From positions 1 to 64,000 of the IMG/VR virus record IMGVR_UViG_3300020576_006124: a stretch of DNA of 64,000 nt; one strand, 5' to 3'. Made by a program: the position numbers and the translations under genes. Positions within the stretch are counted from its first letter, which is position 1, and the number at the start of each line of letters is the position of its first letter. Below, in pieces: positions 50,872 to 61,901 of this stretch. Below the pieces are notes generated by a model. It was given only the letters and a program-made list of their open reading frames with translations. It searched no databases and had not been told where the DNA came from. Source of the stretch: a virus. Taxonomy: Duplodnaviria > Caudoviricetes.

Positions 50872-51312
50872 ATGAAACCGAGGAATAATATAAAGGAGCC
50901 TATCTGGAAACAGGTAGAAAAGAGAATAGCCTCTCTCTCAGGGGGTCGTCTAACTCCGGCATCAGGCTCCGGGAATATAAAAGGGGACATAAGACTAAAG
51001 AACAGAACAAGTAATGGCTTTGCCCAAGAGCTTTTAATAGAAGCTAAAAGTACTCAAAAAAATTTCATTACACTTCAGAGAATATGGTTTGTAACTTTAG
51101 ATCAGCTAACTACCCCTACATGCCTTACTTGTTTGTATTTGTATATAAACAATAAGATAACCTTATACATACCTGAGTCAATAAATTTATCCCAAGAGGC
51201 AGATTCTTGGGAAACTAAGAAATGTTCTTATGAAGACCTGCCGGATCAAATTCTCACTAAGGAGCAGATATGGAAGAAGAAAACGGAATTGCAGCTATTA
51301 TCGCTAATATAG
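50872..51312 (+). CDS. Hjc-like PD-(D/E)xK Holliday junction resolvase
   Basis: EKRIA, TPASGS...KGDI, IEAKST. Confidence 0.75.
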   Translation: MKPRNNIKEPIWKQVEKRIASLSGGRLTPASGSGNIKGDIRLKNRTSNGFAQELLIEAKSTQKNFITLQRIWFVTLDQLTTPTCLTCLYLYINNKITLYIPESINLSQEADSWETKKCSYEDLPDQILTKEQIWKKKTELQLLSLI

Positions 51313-51686
51313 AAGAGGCCTTAAATACACCCATCAAAAGCAGTGTTCTGGATTCAACTGCTACCTTAGAGGGGGATACTTACATTGCTAATGAGGGCGT
51401 ACTAGCTCTTCAAATAAAAGGACAATCTCCTGAGTCTGGCTTTATTGAGTTTATTGCTAAGCAAGAATTATACAAAGATAGTCCAGAAGGTAAAGAAAGT
51501 GAAATAGTTTTAGCCCTAAACAAACCCCTATTTATTAGATCTATGGGAATTTTACTTAATCCTGAAATTAAGATTCTTAAGTTTGAAATTTATGCAAATT
51601 TAACTATTTGCATTGCTAACCTTTGTTACTCTATACCTGAAAATCTGGTATCCGAACTTTTAACCAAGATAGATAGTGCGTTTTGA
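51270..51686 (+). CDS. hypothetical protein
   Basis: 138-aa ORF. Confidence 0.5.
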   Translation: MEEENGIAAIIANIEEALNTPIKSSVLDSTATLEGDTYIANEGVLALQIKGQSPESGFIEFIAKQELYKDSPEGKESEIVLALNKPLFIRSMGILLNPEIKILKFEIYANLTICIANLCYSIPENLVSELLTKIDSAF

Positions 51687-52605
51687 CTATCATTTAATTG
51701 AATATGAGCTAGGGTCTATAGTCAATAATTCTTCCCACGCTGACAATATCAAAATAAAATGTAATCATTGTGATAAGAAAGCCCTCTACTTAAAATCAGA
51801 CACACTTCAATATAACTGCTTTGGTTGTGGCAGGCATGGAAAATTAGCTCTTGACTCCCCAAGTACTCCTACCAAAAAAGAGATTGATCAAGGATTACAG
51901 ATAAAGATCTTACTTTATCTCATAAAAAACTCAGAGTTATCCCAAGAGCACTCCTTAGAGTTACTAGAAAGAAGAATCTTTAGACCTAATAGATTCTTAC
52001 TTAGGTCTATACCCTTTAATGTTTCGAAGATTCTCTCAGAGAAATTCTCTTCTAGAGAACTTAGATCCGCTGGACTCCTAAATGAAGGAGGAAATCTAAT
52101 ATCCCAGTTCTCATATGGGAATCTACTTATACCCTTTATAAGCCAGGGAGTAATAAAGGGATTCCAAGTAAAGATAAACAAAAGGGACACATCTGACAAA
52201 TTCAAGTACCTTATGTTTCCGGGGTCTAAGGTAGGTCACCATTTCTATACTACTCTCCCCTCAGCCCCAAATAACTACATTATAGTTACAGAATCACCTC
52301 TTAAAACTATATCAGCTTTAGATAATGGATACAACTGTGCTGGGTTTGTAGGCATAAATCCTGCAGACAAAGCTATATTAGATCTTAAGCAGTTTCTCTT
52401 TAGATCGAAATGTAACACCTATTTAATCTATGATTCATCAGAATCTGACTTAGTAGATTCAAATCTGAGATCTGCTCAGGAAAGATTTATTCTTAATTTA
52501 GGGAGAAAAGTACAGATAAAATCCCTCCCACTATTAAAATACTCTAAGATGGATTTAGATAAATATCTTTTTATAAAAGGCAACTTAGATGATATTATCA
52601 CATAG
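51676..52605 (+). CDS. DNA primase (Zn finger + TOPRIM)
   Basis: CNHC...YNCFGCG, LLIPF, KYL, IVTES, YD, KMDLD. Confidence 0.82.
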   Translation: MRFDYHLIEYELGSIVNNSSHADNIKIKCNHCDKKALYLKSDTLQYNCFGCGRHGKLALDSPSTPTKKEIDQGLQIKILLYLIKNSELSQEHSLELLERRIFRPNRFLLRSIPFNVSKILSEKFSSRELRSAGLLNEGGNLISQFSYGNLLIPFISQGVIKGFQVKINKRDTSDKFKYLMFPGSKVGHHFYTTLPSAPNNYIIVTESPLKTISALDNGYNCAGFVGINPADKAILDLKQFLFRSKCNTYLIYDSSESDLVDSNLRSAQERFILNLGRKVQIKSLPLLKYSKMDLDKYLFIKGNLDDIIT

Positions 52606-52618
52606 GAGATAAGTCCCC

Positions 52619-52855
52619 ATGGAAAATAACTTAGAAAAAAAGCCCTTAAGTTGCCCCCACTGCAAAAGCAAAGATACTGTTTTATCAACTGATGGAGAAA
52701 TGTGGTGGGGCGCCTGTTGGGATTGTCAAATGGAAGGACCCATAGTTGAAACTGACTTAGAGGCCCTTAAAACTTGGAATAATCTTTCTCAGTTAAGATC
52801 TTTTAAAGATAACATTCAAAAAAAAATCTTAGATAACAAAATCAGAGAACTTTAG
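52619..52855 (+). CDS. Lar-family restriction-alleviation Zn-ribbon protein
   Basis: L.CPHC...C..C...GP......A...WN. Confidence 0.7.
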   Translation: MENNLEKKPLSCPHCKSKDTVLSTDGEMWWGACWDCQMEGPIVETDLEALKTWNNLSQLRSFKDNIQKKILDNKIREL

Positions 52856-52877
52856 GTTTTGGTCTTAGGAGAATAGC

Positions 52878-53177
52878 ATGAGGGAGAACAGGACATTGAG
52901 GTCGGGAGAACCATGCCGACACCCTGGGTGCCTAAGTCACATTTCGCACTCTTGCGAGTGCTGTGGGCGCGTAGGTGGGAGAAGCCTACGAGACCTTTTG
53001 CTGCATGAACGGGTTGATGTTAGGTGGTACGGTCAAAATGACTACTTGGGGCCATATGTATTCGAGGTGGACCTACATGAAGGCGACGTATTTTGTTCGC
53101 AGGGGCTCATTGTTGGGTCTATTCGCGACGTGGCCTCATGGCGATTACATGTGCCAAAAGAGCTGGCGGACCTATGA
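52878..53177 (+). CDS. Zn-finger protein with C-terminal 'D..SWR' domain
   Basis: PCRHPGCLSHISHSCECCGR; RDVASWRL. Confidence 0.6.
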   Translation: MRENRTLRSGEPCRHPGCLSHISHSCECCGRVGGRSLRDLLLHERVDVRWYGQNDYLGPYVFEVDLHEGDVFCSQGLIVGSIRDVASWRLHVPKELADL

Positions 53178-53263
53178 CGAGCAGGAACAAACGCCTACCC
53201 CATGTAAGACCAGGACGCTGGGCCGCGTTTGGGTCAAGCCCCTGGGAGTGAGAAGAAAGAACG

Positions 53264-54193
53264 ATGAATATTGGAACAAGTTGGCATAGCTACCCAAAGA
53301 TTTACAACGTAGGCCACGCCTATCTGGAAGGTTTTTTTGATGGATCGTCCTGGTTGTCGGTTGAAGAAAAGGTAGATGGATCACAGTTTAGCTTTGGTGT
53401 ATTCGGGGGCGAGATTAAGTGTCGCTCGAAAGGCCAGGAATTGATTGTTGAGCGTCCCGAAAAGATGTTTGCCCGCGCGGTGGAGTCTGTCAAAGAGATT
53501 GCCCATCTGCTTCGGGATGGTTGGACCTATCGGGGTGAGTATCTACAATCCCCCAAGCACAACACTCTCAAGTATGATCGCGTGCCGAACCTACACATCA
53601 TCGGTTTCGACGTGTCTCCCACCGAAGAGCAATATTTGATCTACGATGACAAAACTGAGGAGTTTGCTCGTATCGGGCTTGAGGTTGTTCCTCGCATCTG
53701 GCAAGGCACGCACCCTGACCCCAAATCTCTCATGGATACCGAGAGCATTCTCGGCGGATCGAAGATTGAGGGGCTTGTGTTCAAGCGACATGCGAACCCA
53801 CTGTACGGGCCCGACAAAAAGGTGTTGCTTGCCAAGCACGTTTCGGAGGCGTTCAAGGAGGTCCATAGCAAGGAGTGGAAGAGAACTAACCAGACCGGAA
53901 AGGACTTCGTGGGCGCTCTTGCCGAACGGTATTGCGCTGAGGGCCGATGGGCCAAAGCCGTCCAGCGGCTCACGGAATCAGGCGTGGCGACGAACACACC
54001 ACAAGACATTGCAGCACTGATCGCTGAGGTTCAGCGTGACATTAAAGATGAGTGCCGCGAAGAGATCATCAAAGAGTTACTTTCCTATGCCTGGCCCCAT
54101 ATTGCCCGAGCATCTGTGCGCGGTTTGCCGGACTGGTACAAGAACCGACTCATGGAATCCGCCATTGGGTCCATGCCCCAGGAGGTCGAATGA
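53264..54193 (+). CDS. Rnl2-like ATP-dependent RNA ligase
   Basis: Motif I EEKVDGSQ, RGE, GFDV, IEGLVFK, AKHV; YPKI N-terminus. Confidence 0.85.
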   Translation: MNIGTSWHSYPKIYNVGHAYLEGFFDGSSWLSVEEKVDGSQFSFGVFGGEIKCRSKGQELIVERPEKMFARAVESVKEIAHLLRDGWTYRGEYLQSPKHNTLKYDRVPNLHIIGFDVSPTEEQYLIYDDKTEEFARIGLEVVPRIWQGTHPDPKSLMDTESILGGSKIEGLVFKRHANPLYGPDKKVLLAKHVSEAFKEVHSKEWKRTNQTGKDFVGALAERYCAEGRWAKAVQRLTESGVATNTPQDIAALIAEVQRDIKDECREEIIKELLSYAWPHIARASVRGLPDWYKNRLMESAIGSMPQEVE

Positions 54194-54967
54194 AGATCAC
54201 CGTCCGCCAGGCATTCAAGAAGGCGTATGGGCCGATCCCAGATGGGGCTACGTGCCATTTGGCAAACTGGCCCGGTCCTACTTTGCCCCAATTTATGAAC
54301 ATTGAGCCTACCATATGGGAAGACGGCTGGCCTGAATCCCTGGGAACACGCGAGGACGGTAGCCCTGGAGTAATGGAATATCCCTTTGGCCCCGACATCT
54401 CAGATCGCGACGCAGAAGCCTTCCGGGGTTTATTCGGGGACGATTACGACAAAGCCCTAGATGGGCTGTTGGGGGCTGAATGACTTGGTCCGAGGCGATT
54501 GCCACTTTGGGGGTGGTTGGTCTATTTGGACTCCTTGTATGGACAAGCCACAGGGAGAACATGGCAAGATATGCTCTCTTACAGAAGACCGTGGAACTAG
54601 AGGAGATATTGAAGGATGCACCAAAGCAGGTGAGCGTCGGCAAGAAGTGCATCGCACGAGGAGTGATACGCAAAGTAGCACCACCGGTAACATTGGAGGA
54701 TGAGAATGTCTAAGCAGAGTGTGGAGGTGCCCCGTGGCTAAACACGACCTCAAGATCAGGCAGATCACCGCTGTAAGCGTTCCAGAGAACTGCTTTACGC
54801 AATGCGAGGCGATCCTATTTGCCTTGACCGACGATGGCAGGCTCTTTCACACAACCAACAGGGACATGGGGGCCGTTTGGTACGAGGTAGGGCAGCCTTA
54901 CCTGACGGTCGATGAAAGAGACGCCATAGCCCCCCTCATGGCTGAGCTGGAGGTGCCCCGTGGCTAA
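54190..54967 (+). other. three small genes in the GC-rich block (54190-54483, 54480-54713, 54734-54967)
   Basis: GGAGG RBS before 54190 and 54734; ATGA coupling at 54190 and 54480. Confidence 0.6.
54722..54967 (+). repeat. 20-bp direct repeat flanking one gene
   Basis: TGGAGGTGCCCCGTGGCTAA at 54722-54741 and 54948-54967. Confidence 0.9.
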
Positions 54968-55381
54968 GAAGCTGTACGGGCAAGTCGGGCGCAACGGGGA
55001 GTTGCATTGGGTGGAAGCCTCTTCCGCTAAGTGGATCGCCGGGAGAATGTGGTTTGTGTACAATGCCCCCAACTGGGTCTTTTCCTATGAGAGTCCTGGG
55101 GGCTTTATACACTTTTCATAATAAGTACTCCTGGAAGTGTTATCAACTAACACCAAAAATCCTTAGTTCTACTCAGAAGTTAAAACTAAATATTAATGGA
55201 GAATGCCAAAACGGAGAAGTAGTTAGCACAGAAGGGATTTTCAAGATCATTACTGATGGAAATTTGCTCTTATCCCCTGAAGATATTGAATCTTGGAGAC
55301 TTGTTTTTTCTTCTACGACTTAACCACTAAAAAGTAGTGTAAAAATTTAGAGGATTTCTTATACTTCTACAGAACCGGAAA

Positions 55382-55918
55382 ATGGAAATTAAATCAAAGC
55401 ATTTATCTAAGGTAAAGGACCCAGGAATTCTCTCTCTTATTTATTTGTCTCTAGGTGTATTAGAAAAAAGCTTAGAAACAGACTCCTACCTTAAAGAGAC
55501 TGGTTTTTTAATTAGAGATTACCGATATATTGGGACTAGATTAATCTACAAAAATTGCCATATAGCAGAGAGAAAATCTATTGGATGGGTGCTTTTACCT
55601 AAAATTAACAAGATCTTATTTGACATCTGTAAAGATCTAGGTTTATATAAATATTTTAACCCCGAGCGAACTTTCCTAAGAAATTTTTTAAATTCTATAA
55701 TCCAGTTCAGCATATTACATAATTGGAACTCTCCCACTACCTTTTTAGATTCTATAGAACCAGGAGATTACATAGAAATAAAAACTGAAGAGAGATCCTA
55801 TAACGTTACCGTCCTAAGGGAAAGTATAGAAATGGAATTCATCCTCACTGATGAAAATATCATTCTTCAGCTCCAAGACATCGTTTCATGGAGAAAAATT
55901 TATGTTCGACCCAAATAA
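55382..55918 (+). CDS. hypothetical protein, paralogue of 57345
   Basis: LF...DLG.KYF, W.....FLD, ILTDENI....D...WRK.Y shared. Confidence 0.7.
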   Translation: MEIKSKHLSKVKDPGILSLIYLSLGVLEKSLETDSYLKETGFLIRDYRYIGTRLIYKNCHIAERKSIGWVLLPKINKILFDICKDLGLYKYFNPERTFLRNFLNSIIQFSILHNWNSPTTFLDSIEPGDYIEIKTEERSYNVTVLRESIEMEFILTDENIILQLQDIVSWRKIYVRPK

Positions 55919-56462
55919 ATTATGGTTTACCTCTGATACTCATTTTGGACATAGAGGGATTCTTAAACATCAGCAGACTAGATCACACTTTTCCTCTCTA
56001 GAGGAAATGGATGAGACACTTATTTTTAATTGGAATAGTCGGGTTAAGCCTGGGGATTGTATCTTTCATTTAGGGGATTTTTTTCTGTGTTCTTCTGATC
56101 GAGCTAAATCTATTCTGTCTAGATTGAATGGAGAAATACATCTAATTGAGGGTAATCACGACTCAAATGCCCATACTTTAAGAAAAAAATTAGCCAGCTA
56201 TAGACAGATAGCTGAAGTAAACGTTGATGACCCAGACAGGAAAGTGTGTATTATCTGCTGCCACTACTGTATGAGAACCTGGAACAAATCACACCACGGT
56301 TCTTGGCATATTCACGGGCACTCTCATGGGTCTCTACAGCGGCCTGAGGGACCTGTTCTAGATGTAGGAGTAGACTGCCATAATCTTTCCCCTATTTCGT
56401 ACTGGGAACTGAAAGAATTTATGCTGGGAAGAACATTCCCCATAGTAGATCATCACAAATAG
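55851..56462 (+). CDS. calcineurin-like metallophosphoesterase (likely start 55902)
   Basis: TSDTHFGH, HLGDF, GNHD, HGHSHG. Confidence 0.9.
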   Translation: MKISFFSSKTSFHGEKFMFDPNKLWFTSDTHFGHRGILKHQQTRSHFSSLEEMDETLIFNWNSRVKPGDCIFHLGDFFLCSSDRAKSILSRLNGEIHLIEGNHDSNAHTLRKKLASYRQIAEVNVDDPDRKVCIICCHYCMRTWNKSHHGSWHIHGHSHGSLQRPEGPVLDVGVDCHNLSPISYWELKEFMLGRTFPIVDHHK

Positions 56463-56472
56463 GGAATTTAAA

Positions 56473-57348
56473 ATGGAACTAACGAAACCTGAAGATATAA
56501 AGTTTGTTTACTGCTGGCATTGTTTACATTACACAGGATTGTGCCCCCACTGCGATGGCAATGCCTGTTCCTGCTTTTGTCAAGGTAATAGCATAGAAGA
56601 ATTCAAAGATCTATCCCAAGAGGAGATGCCCTGTAAAAAATCTAAGTACTGGGAAGCTTTAGAGAAAGCTGAGCAAATGGGATTAGAGCCTACTGTTATA
56701 TCTAGAGAGGAAATAGATAAAAGATTAGGAGGACTATTTAATTGGCTATCATCTTTAACACCAGAGCAAAAAGAAAAAAATGAAGCACCATTACAAGATG
56801 GGCTTCTAGAAGAAGATGACTACTGGTATATAACTAAAGCCGCTAGAGAAATTAACTACTCAATCCCTTCTTTAGAAGAATTTGCAACTAGTGTTGGAGT
56901 AAAACCAACCTATAACTGCAATACAGGCAAAGGATTTACAGAAGAAAGGGACATACCTATTTTAAATCCCTCCGGCTGGCAATCTTTACAAGGTTACGAG
57001 AATGAGAGAATACCCTGGTTTGAATACTGTATAAGAAGAGAAAAATCCGAGTGTGATTATCGTCAGCACCGACATAAAGACTCATTCGGTAGAATCACCA
57101 TTTCAAAAGTACCTTTAGAGCTAAAAGCAAGAGTACTTTCTGGGATCTTTAAGAGTAGGATATTCACTTTAAAGGCAAAAAATGGAAAAACCTGTACAGT
57201 TAAGTTCGAAGATACTCAAGAAACCCTTGAAATAAACTCTTATGAAGATTCAATTCTAATCACAACAGAAGAACTTCAAAAAAAAGAAAGAGAGGAAAAG
57301 TTTAAACAGTACTTAGATGAGAAAAACTCAAACAAGGAAACAAAATGA
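56473..57348 (+). CDS. Cys-rich hypothetical protein
   Basis: CWHC...CPHC...CSC.C N-terminus. Confidence 0.55.
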   Translation: MELTKPEDIKFVYCWHCLHYTGLCPHCDGNACSCFCQGNSIEEFKDLSQEEMPCKKSKYWEALEKAEQMGLEPTVISREEIDKRLGGLFNWLSSLTPEQKEKNEAPLQDGLLEEDDYWYITKAAREINYSIPSLEEFATSVGVKPTYNCNTGKGFTEERDIPILNPSGWQSLQGYENERIPWFEYCIRREKSECDYRQHRHKDSFGRITISKVPLELKARVLSGIFKSRIFTLKAKNGKTCTVKFEDTQETLEINSYEDSILITTEELQKKEREEKFKQYLDEKNSNKETK

Positions 57349-57866
57349 AATCAATCTTAACCTCATATTTTGAACTAATAGAGTGCTGGATAGAAAAAAA
57401 TGAAGAGTTAGCAAACCAAATAGGTATTACAACAAAGTTTGAGGGGTTCGTACTAGATACTTTTCTCACCTCCCACTTATTAAGTTCTAATCTTCTATAC
57501 AAGGGGGACGTTTTTGCTTCTCAGCCTTATCCAGGAGGGAAAGTTGAAATTATCTGCTACAATACCCTAGTCTCTCTATTTGATGATTTAGATTTAGGGA
57601 AGTACTTCCCCGATAAGGGACTTTTACTAGAAAGAATATTCAAAGGTCTATTTGACTTTCTAGATCCTTTTAGTTGGCATGATGACTCTCACTTCTTAGA
57701 CTGTCTTAACACTAGGGATAGAATAGAAGTTCTAACCTCTGAGGGGAATCATATTGGGGAGATAGTTTCTGGTGATGAGTGGTATGACAACATACTGACT
57801 GATGAAAACATCTTAATATCTTATAATGATGTACTAGGCTGGAGAAAGGTATATGTTGGATCCTGA
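57345..57866 (+). CDS. hypothetical protein, paralogue of 55382
   Basis: Same motifs as 55382. Confidence 0.7.
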   Translation: MKSILTSYFELIECWIEKNEELANQIGITTKFEGFVLDTFLTSHLLSSNLLYKGDVFASQPYPGGKVEIICYNTLVSLFDDLDLGKYFPDKGLLLERIFKGLFDFLDPFSWHDDSHFLDCLNTRDRIEVLTSEGNHIGEIVSGDEWYDNILTDENILISYNDVLGWRKVYVGS

Positions 57867-58275
57867 AATTATTTTCTTCATTATTTCCTTACTAGGCGCA
57901 ATAATCTTCTCTTATCCATTTCTATCTTTCTATAAGTATAAAAAAGAATTAACCCATATAGTTTTTCAACTCTTAGGCACCAAGGGCTCTTCTGCATTAG
58001 AGAAGGCTCTTGACCAAATTCCAATGAGTCAAATTAGAGAAATTGTTAAATATAAGGCAATAGTTGAAGCTTCTATGGGAGCATCCAGAATCTTAAAAAG
58101 ATTAGAGGGAGTAGATTATAGAATAATTTGGCTTATATCTGAGACAGGAAGAATAGAGGTTGTAATAAAGTATCATAAAGACCGTGAGTCCCGAGTAATA
58201 GTTCCTCCTGGTGAGGACTTCAGAATCTTTAATGACATCTAGGGATTTAATTTAAGGGAGAGAATTTCTGCTGAT

Positions 58276-59178
58276 ATGAGCCACTTAATTTTCAAGCTTT
58301 TAGAGAATGGAACACTCAAGAGGGGAGATGTTCCATCACATTTTCCCACTAGTATACAGTACTTAACCATTACTGGATCTAAGGCTTATGGTGTAAGTAA
58401 GGACAGTTCTGATTTAGATATATATGGATTCTGTATACCTAAAAAAGAGGATCTGTTTCCACATTTAAGGGGGGAAATACCTGGCTTTGGAATACAGAAA
58501 GGGAACTTTGAACAGTGGCAGATGCACCATATTAAGACAGAAGAAACAGAGTATGATTTTTCTGTTTATTCTATTATAAAGTATTTTCAACTTTGTATGG
58601 AAAATAACCCTAATATGGTTGATACTTTGTTTACTCCTTTAGATTGCGTTGTGCATTGTACTGAAATAGGAAGAATAGTTAGGGACAATCGAAAACTTTT
58701 CCTCAGCAAGCTCTCTTATCACAAATTTAGAGGATACGCATTTTCTCAACTTCATAAGATGTCGATTAAGACTGATCCTAAAAGTGAATCAAGGAAGAAA
58801 GACGTTGAAGATTTCGGAATAGATTTAAAGTTTGCTTACCATCTTGTAAGACTTGTTCTAGAATCTGAGCAGATTCTTAAATATGGAGATTTAGATCTAA
58901 GAAAAGATTCTAAACTTCTATCAGATATAAGGGGGGGTCTTCTTTCGAAGAGTGACATAACCAACATATTTGAATCTAAACAGAAAGAACTAGAGATTTT
59001 ATACAAAGAAAGTAATGTAATTCCTCATAAGCCTAAAGAAGATCAGATTAAATCTCTCCTCCTAGACTGCCTAGAGCAATATTATGGAAGCATTAGCTCT
59101 TTAGTTAAACTGGGTAATATAGAAGAAAAATTAATATCAAATATTGAAAATCTTATACATAGTTACAGGAACCAATGA
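58276..59178 (+). CDS. RlaP/YcgL-like nucleotidyltransferase
   Basis: GSKAYG.....SDLDIYG, NNPN, F.GYA.SQ, K..YHLVRL, L..IR.G. Confidence 0.85.
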   Translation: MSHLIFKLLENGTLKRGDVPSHFPTSIQYLTITGSKAYGVSKDSSDLDIYGFCIPKKEDLFPHLRGEIPGFGIQKGNFEQWQMHHIKTEETEYDFSVYSIIKYFQLCMENNPNMVDTLFTPLDCVVHCTEIGRIVRDNRKLFLSKLSYHKFRGYAFSQLHKMSIKTDPKSESRKKDVEDFGIDLKFAYHLVRLVLESEQILKYGDLDLRKDSKLLSDIRGGLLSKSDITNIFESKQKELEILYKESNVIPHKPKEDQIKSLLLDCLEQYYGSISSLVKLGNIEEKLISNIENLIHSYRNQ

Positions 59179-61326
59179 AAGCAAAAAAAGAACCAGTATT
59201 TCATAGCACAGTACCAGAAGCTGTAAGGGTAGCTTTTATTGACTATTTAAATTGCTGTTATTCTTTAGGGTACAACTATCTAGATCTGAAATATAATTCT
59301 CTATCAAATTTACAATGGTGGGATGAAATCTTAAGAAAAAAAGTAATACAGGGCCTTCAAAAGCCGGAGAAGGGAGCCATAATAGAGCGAGTAATAACAG
59401 AAGAACTTACGGATATTGGTGTTTTACACGACTGTAGCATAGGTGATTTTATAGGATCTATAGAAAGCTTAAAAGATAGATACCCAGATTCCAGAGTTGT
59501 TTTAACTTCCAAGGAGGATTACGAAAGCTATAAGGATTATTACTTCTTAGCTTTAGAGTATAAACTAAGAATTCCTATTAGTGATAGGGAATATGAAGAA
59601 CAGTTAAGAGATTATAAATACTACATAGTACTAAACGAGTTTCTAAGAATTACTAGCCCTATAGCTAATATTGCTAAAAAACAGTGGCAAAAATATCAAA
59701 AATCTCAAAAACCGTTTACTCCAGATTTTTCTGATCTGAAGGATAAGGATTAATTAAAGTGTCTTCTAGAGCAGTATCTTACCATCACACAGTCCTTCCT
59801 GAAGTGAAGGAAATAATAGAAACCCATGCTTATTTCCTTAATAATATCTTGAAAGATGAAATATTAATAGGATTAACAGATTTTGAGCTACTTGTTTTTA
59901 GAGATTCACCGTTTATTTTCTTTACTTTTGAAGATTTGGAATCTGTAACTTGGTGGGACATTAGTCCTCTAGCTAAAAGCGTAGGTTACTGGGGTTTAAA
60001 TGGAAAAACTACAGAGACCCCTCTTTTACCTGTAACTAGCCATTACTACCGAGAGCCTATTAATTTAATTAAACTAATACCCTTAATATTAACTCAGTTG
60101 CAGAAGGATCCTTCTGCAACTGTTTCCTTTACATCATACCCACGAGAAAACCTTGTTGTTTCATGTACAACAGAGAAAGATCTATCTGACTCTGAGAAAG
60201 AGTTGATTAAAGCCTTAAAAATAATCTACCAAAAAGAGGAGGAAATATATCAACTATTCGTTACTATATTTAAACCACTAGAAGAAAACTATAGTAGGTT
60301 TCTTGATAATCGAATATTTGATATTAATAAACAATACTAACTTATGAGCAAGATAGATCCTAGAAAAAGCATTACCTATATAAAAGCACTGAAAAGAAAG
60401 GACGAAGCTCTAAATGAGCTTAGTAAAGTATCCAGAGCCTTAGAACTAAAAGCCAAAAAAAGATGGTCAGGTAAGTTTTTCAAAATAGAGCAGGCTCATT
60501 TAAATGAGTATTTCATACTCGGATTTATGGATAGTGGGGGTACTATTACTAAAATAAAAGAGTATGGAAAAGATCTCTCTGTGGAAGATAGATATTATTC
60601 TATAGAAGTAAACAGGTATAAAATAGAGGCATCCGAACTTCTTTGGAATGATACCTGGATTCCATCTAATAGAAAGGAGTGGAACGATTTAATTATAAGA
60701 TTCATGGAGTGGCTAAACTTTGGCTCTCCTAATAGTTAACATCTTCATTTTAATTTTCTATTGAGTTATTCAATGCTAGAATAACAAGGTATTAAAGGCA
60801 TGAAGAAACCTCTAGTTAGCAAAGTTATTGTAGGAGCAATTGAGAAGGGGATTTCTATTCCCCCAATTAGATCTAATAATAGTAACAGCCTAGACAAAAA
60901 ATACCCCCTTCCTTTAGAGAAAATGGAAGTGAACGATTGTATTCGTCTTAATTTAACATTATCCAAAGAAGATAATGGAAAAGTACAACAAAATATTTAC
61001 CAAGCTATCCTAAGGAAGAGAAAGATTTGTCCAGAAATTACTACTTATAAGTTCGCCGTTAGACAACTGTCAAAAGCAGATAAGAAAGTTACCCTGGGAA
61101 TTTGGAGGATTAGATGAGAAGCTACTCTGTATCTATACATGCTAATCTTAGTATTGATGTTGAGGAGGATCTTGCAACTCTTTCTAAGTCTGTACTTCTT
61201 GACAAATTATATAGTAAATTTGATTTAATATGTTCCGATCCAGAAACTAAAGAAGAGTTGTTTCTTGACACTATGGAGATAACTGACGTATGGGATAACG
61301 AAAGAGAGGAGGAGATTCTTCTATAG
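59175..61326 (+). other. run of hypothetical genes (59175, 59759, 60344, 60800, 61114)
   Basis: ORF track; 60800 has the KYP...MEV.D motif seen in small phage proteins. Confidence 0.55.
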
Positions 61327-61901
61327 AACTGTTAAACAAGGTAGACTCTTTAAATATAGCGGCTTCTGGTGGATTTGGAAATCATCTTAAATCTTGGAAT
61401 ACCTTGGACAGCTTCAAGAAGGATGTTCTAGTAAGCCTTAACAGAATTAAAGACTTCTTCTCCTTAAGAACCTGTAGTAAACCTGGAAGGGACTATCCTG
61501 ACTACTGCTTCTTTACTCCCGCTTATGATATAGAGCGACTAGTCAATCTTTGGGTAGAGAAGTACCAATGTCCCTTAGAAGACATTAGAATCTATGAGTC
61601 CACTTATGGGTACAACAGTATTTTACAGGGTGAAATAAGAAGATCAGAAAAGTACTTTGATCTAACTTACTCTTTAAGTCCTCTACCTCTTATGAGACAA
61701 GCTTTTAGAGAGGATATACACTACTGTTCTGGATTGAAGGCTTTTTTAATGGTTAAAAATTCTATGGATGATTATTCTTGGGAAAGATTAAACTTCCTTT
61801 TAGATATCTACCCTGACTCCATTATAGAATTCTCTGTACTCGATAAGCCTTTAGGGTCTCATTACTCCAATACAATCATCTGGGAGGTTAGAAATTATTA
61901 A
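61323..61901 (+). CDS. hypothetical phage protein, probably longer than the annotated 61404 start
   Basis: In-frame upstream GGFGNHLKSW; C-terminal YPDSIIEFS...NTIIWEVRNY. Confidence 0.55.
   Translation: MELLNKVDSLNIAASGGFGNHLKSWNTLDSFKKDVLVSLNRIKDFFSLRTCSKPGRDYPDYCFFTPAYDIERLVNLWVEKYQCPLEDIRIYESTYGYNSILQGEIRRSEKYFDLTYSLSPLPLMRQAFREDIHYCSGLKAFLMVKNSMDDYSWERLNFLLDIYPDSIIEFSVLDKPLGSHYSNTIIWEVRNY

Larger units (their letters stand above)
52878..55060 (+). mobile_element. GC-rich horizontally acquired gene block
   Basis: Abrupt shift to visibly higher GC and C/G-ending codons, with many long shadow ORFs; no integrase seen. Confidence 0.75.

Noticed and set aside
52975-55072. Many overlapping alternative-frame ORFs in the GC-rich block
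   Set aside because: Expected by chance at higher GC; the RBS-bearing plus-strand chain tiles the region.
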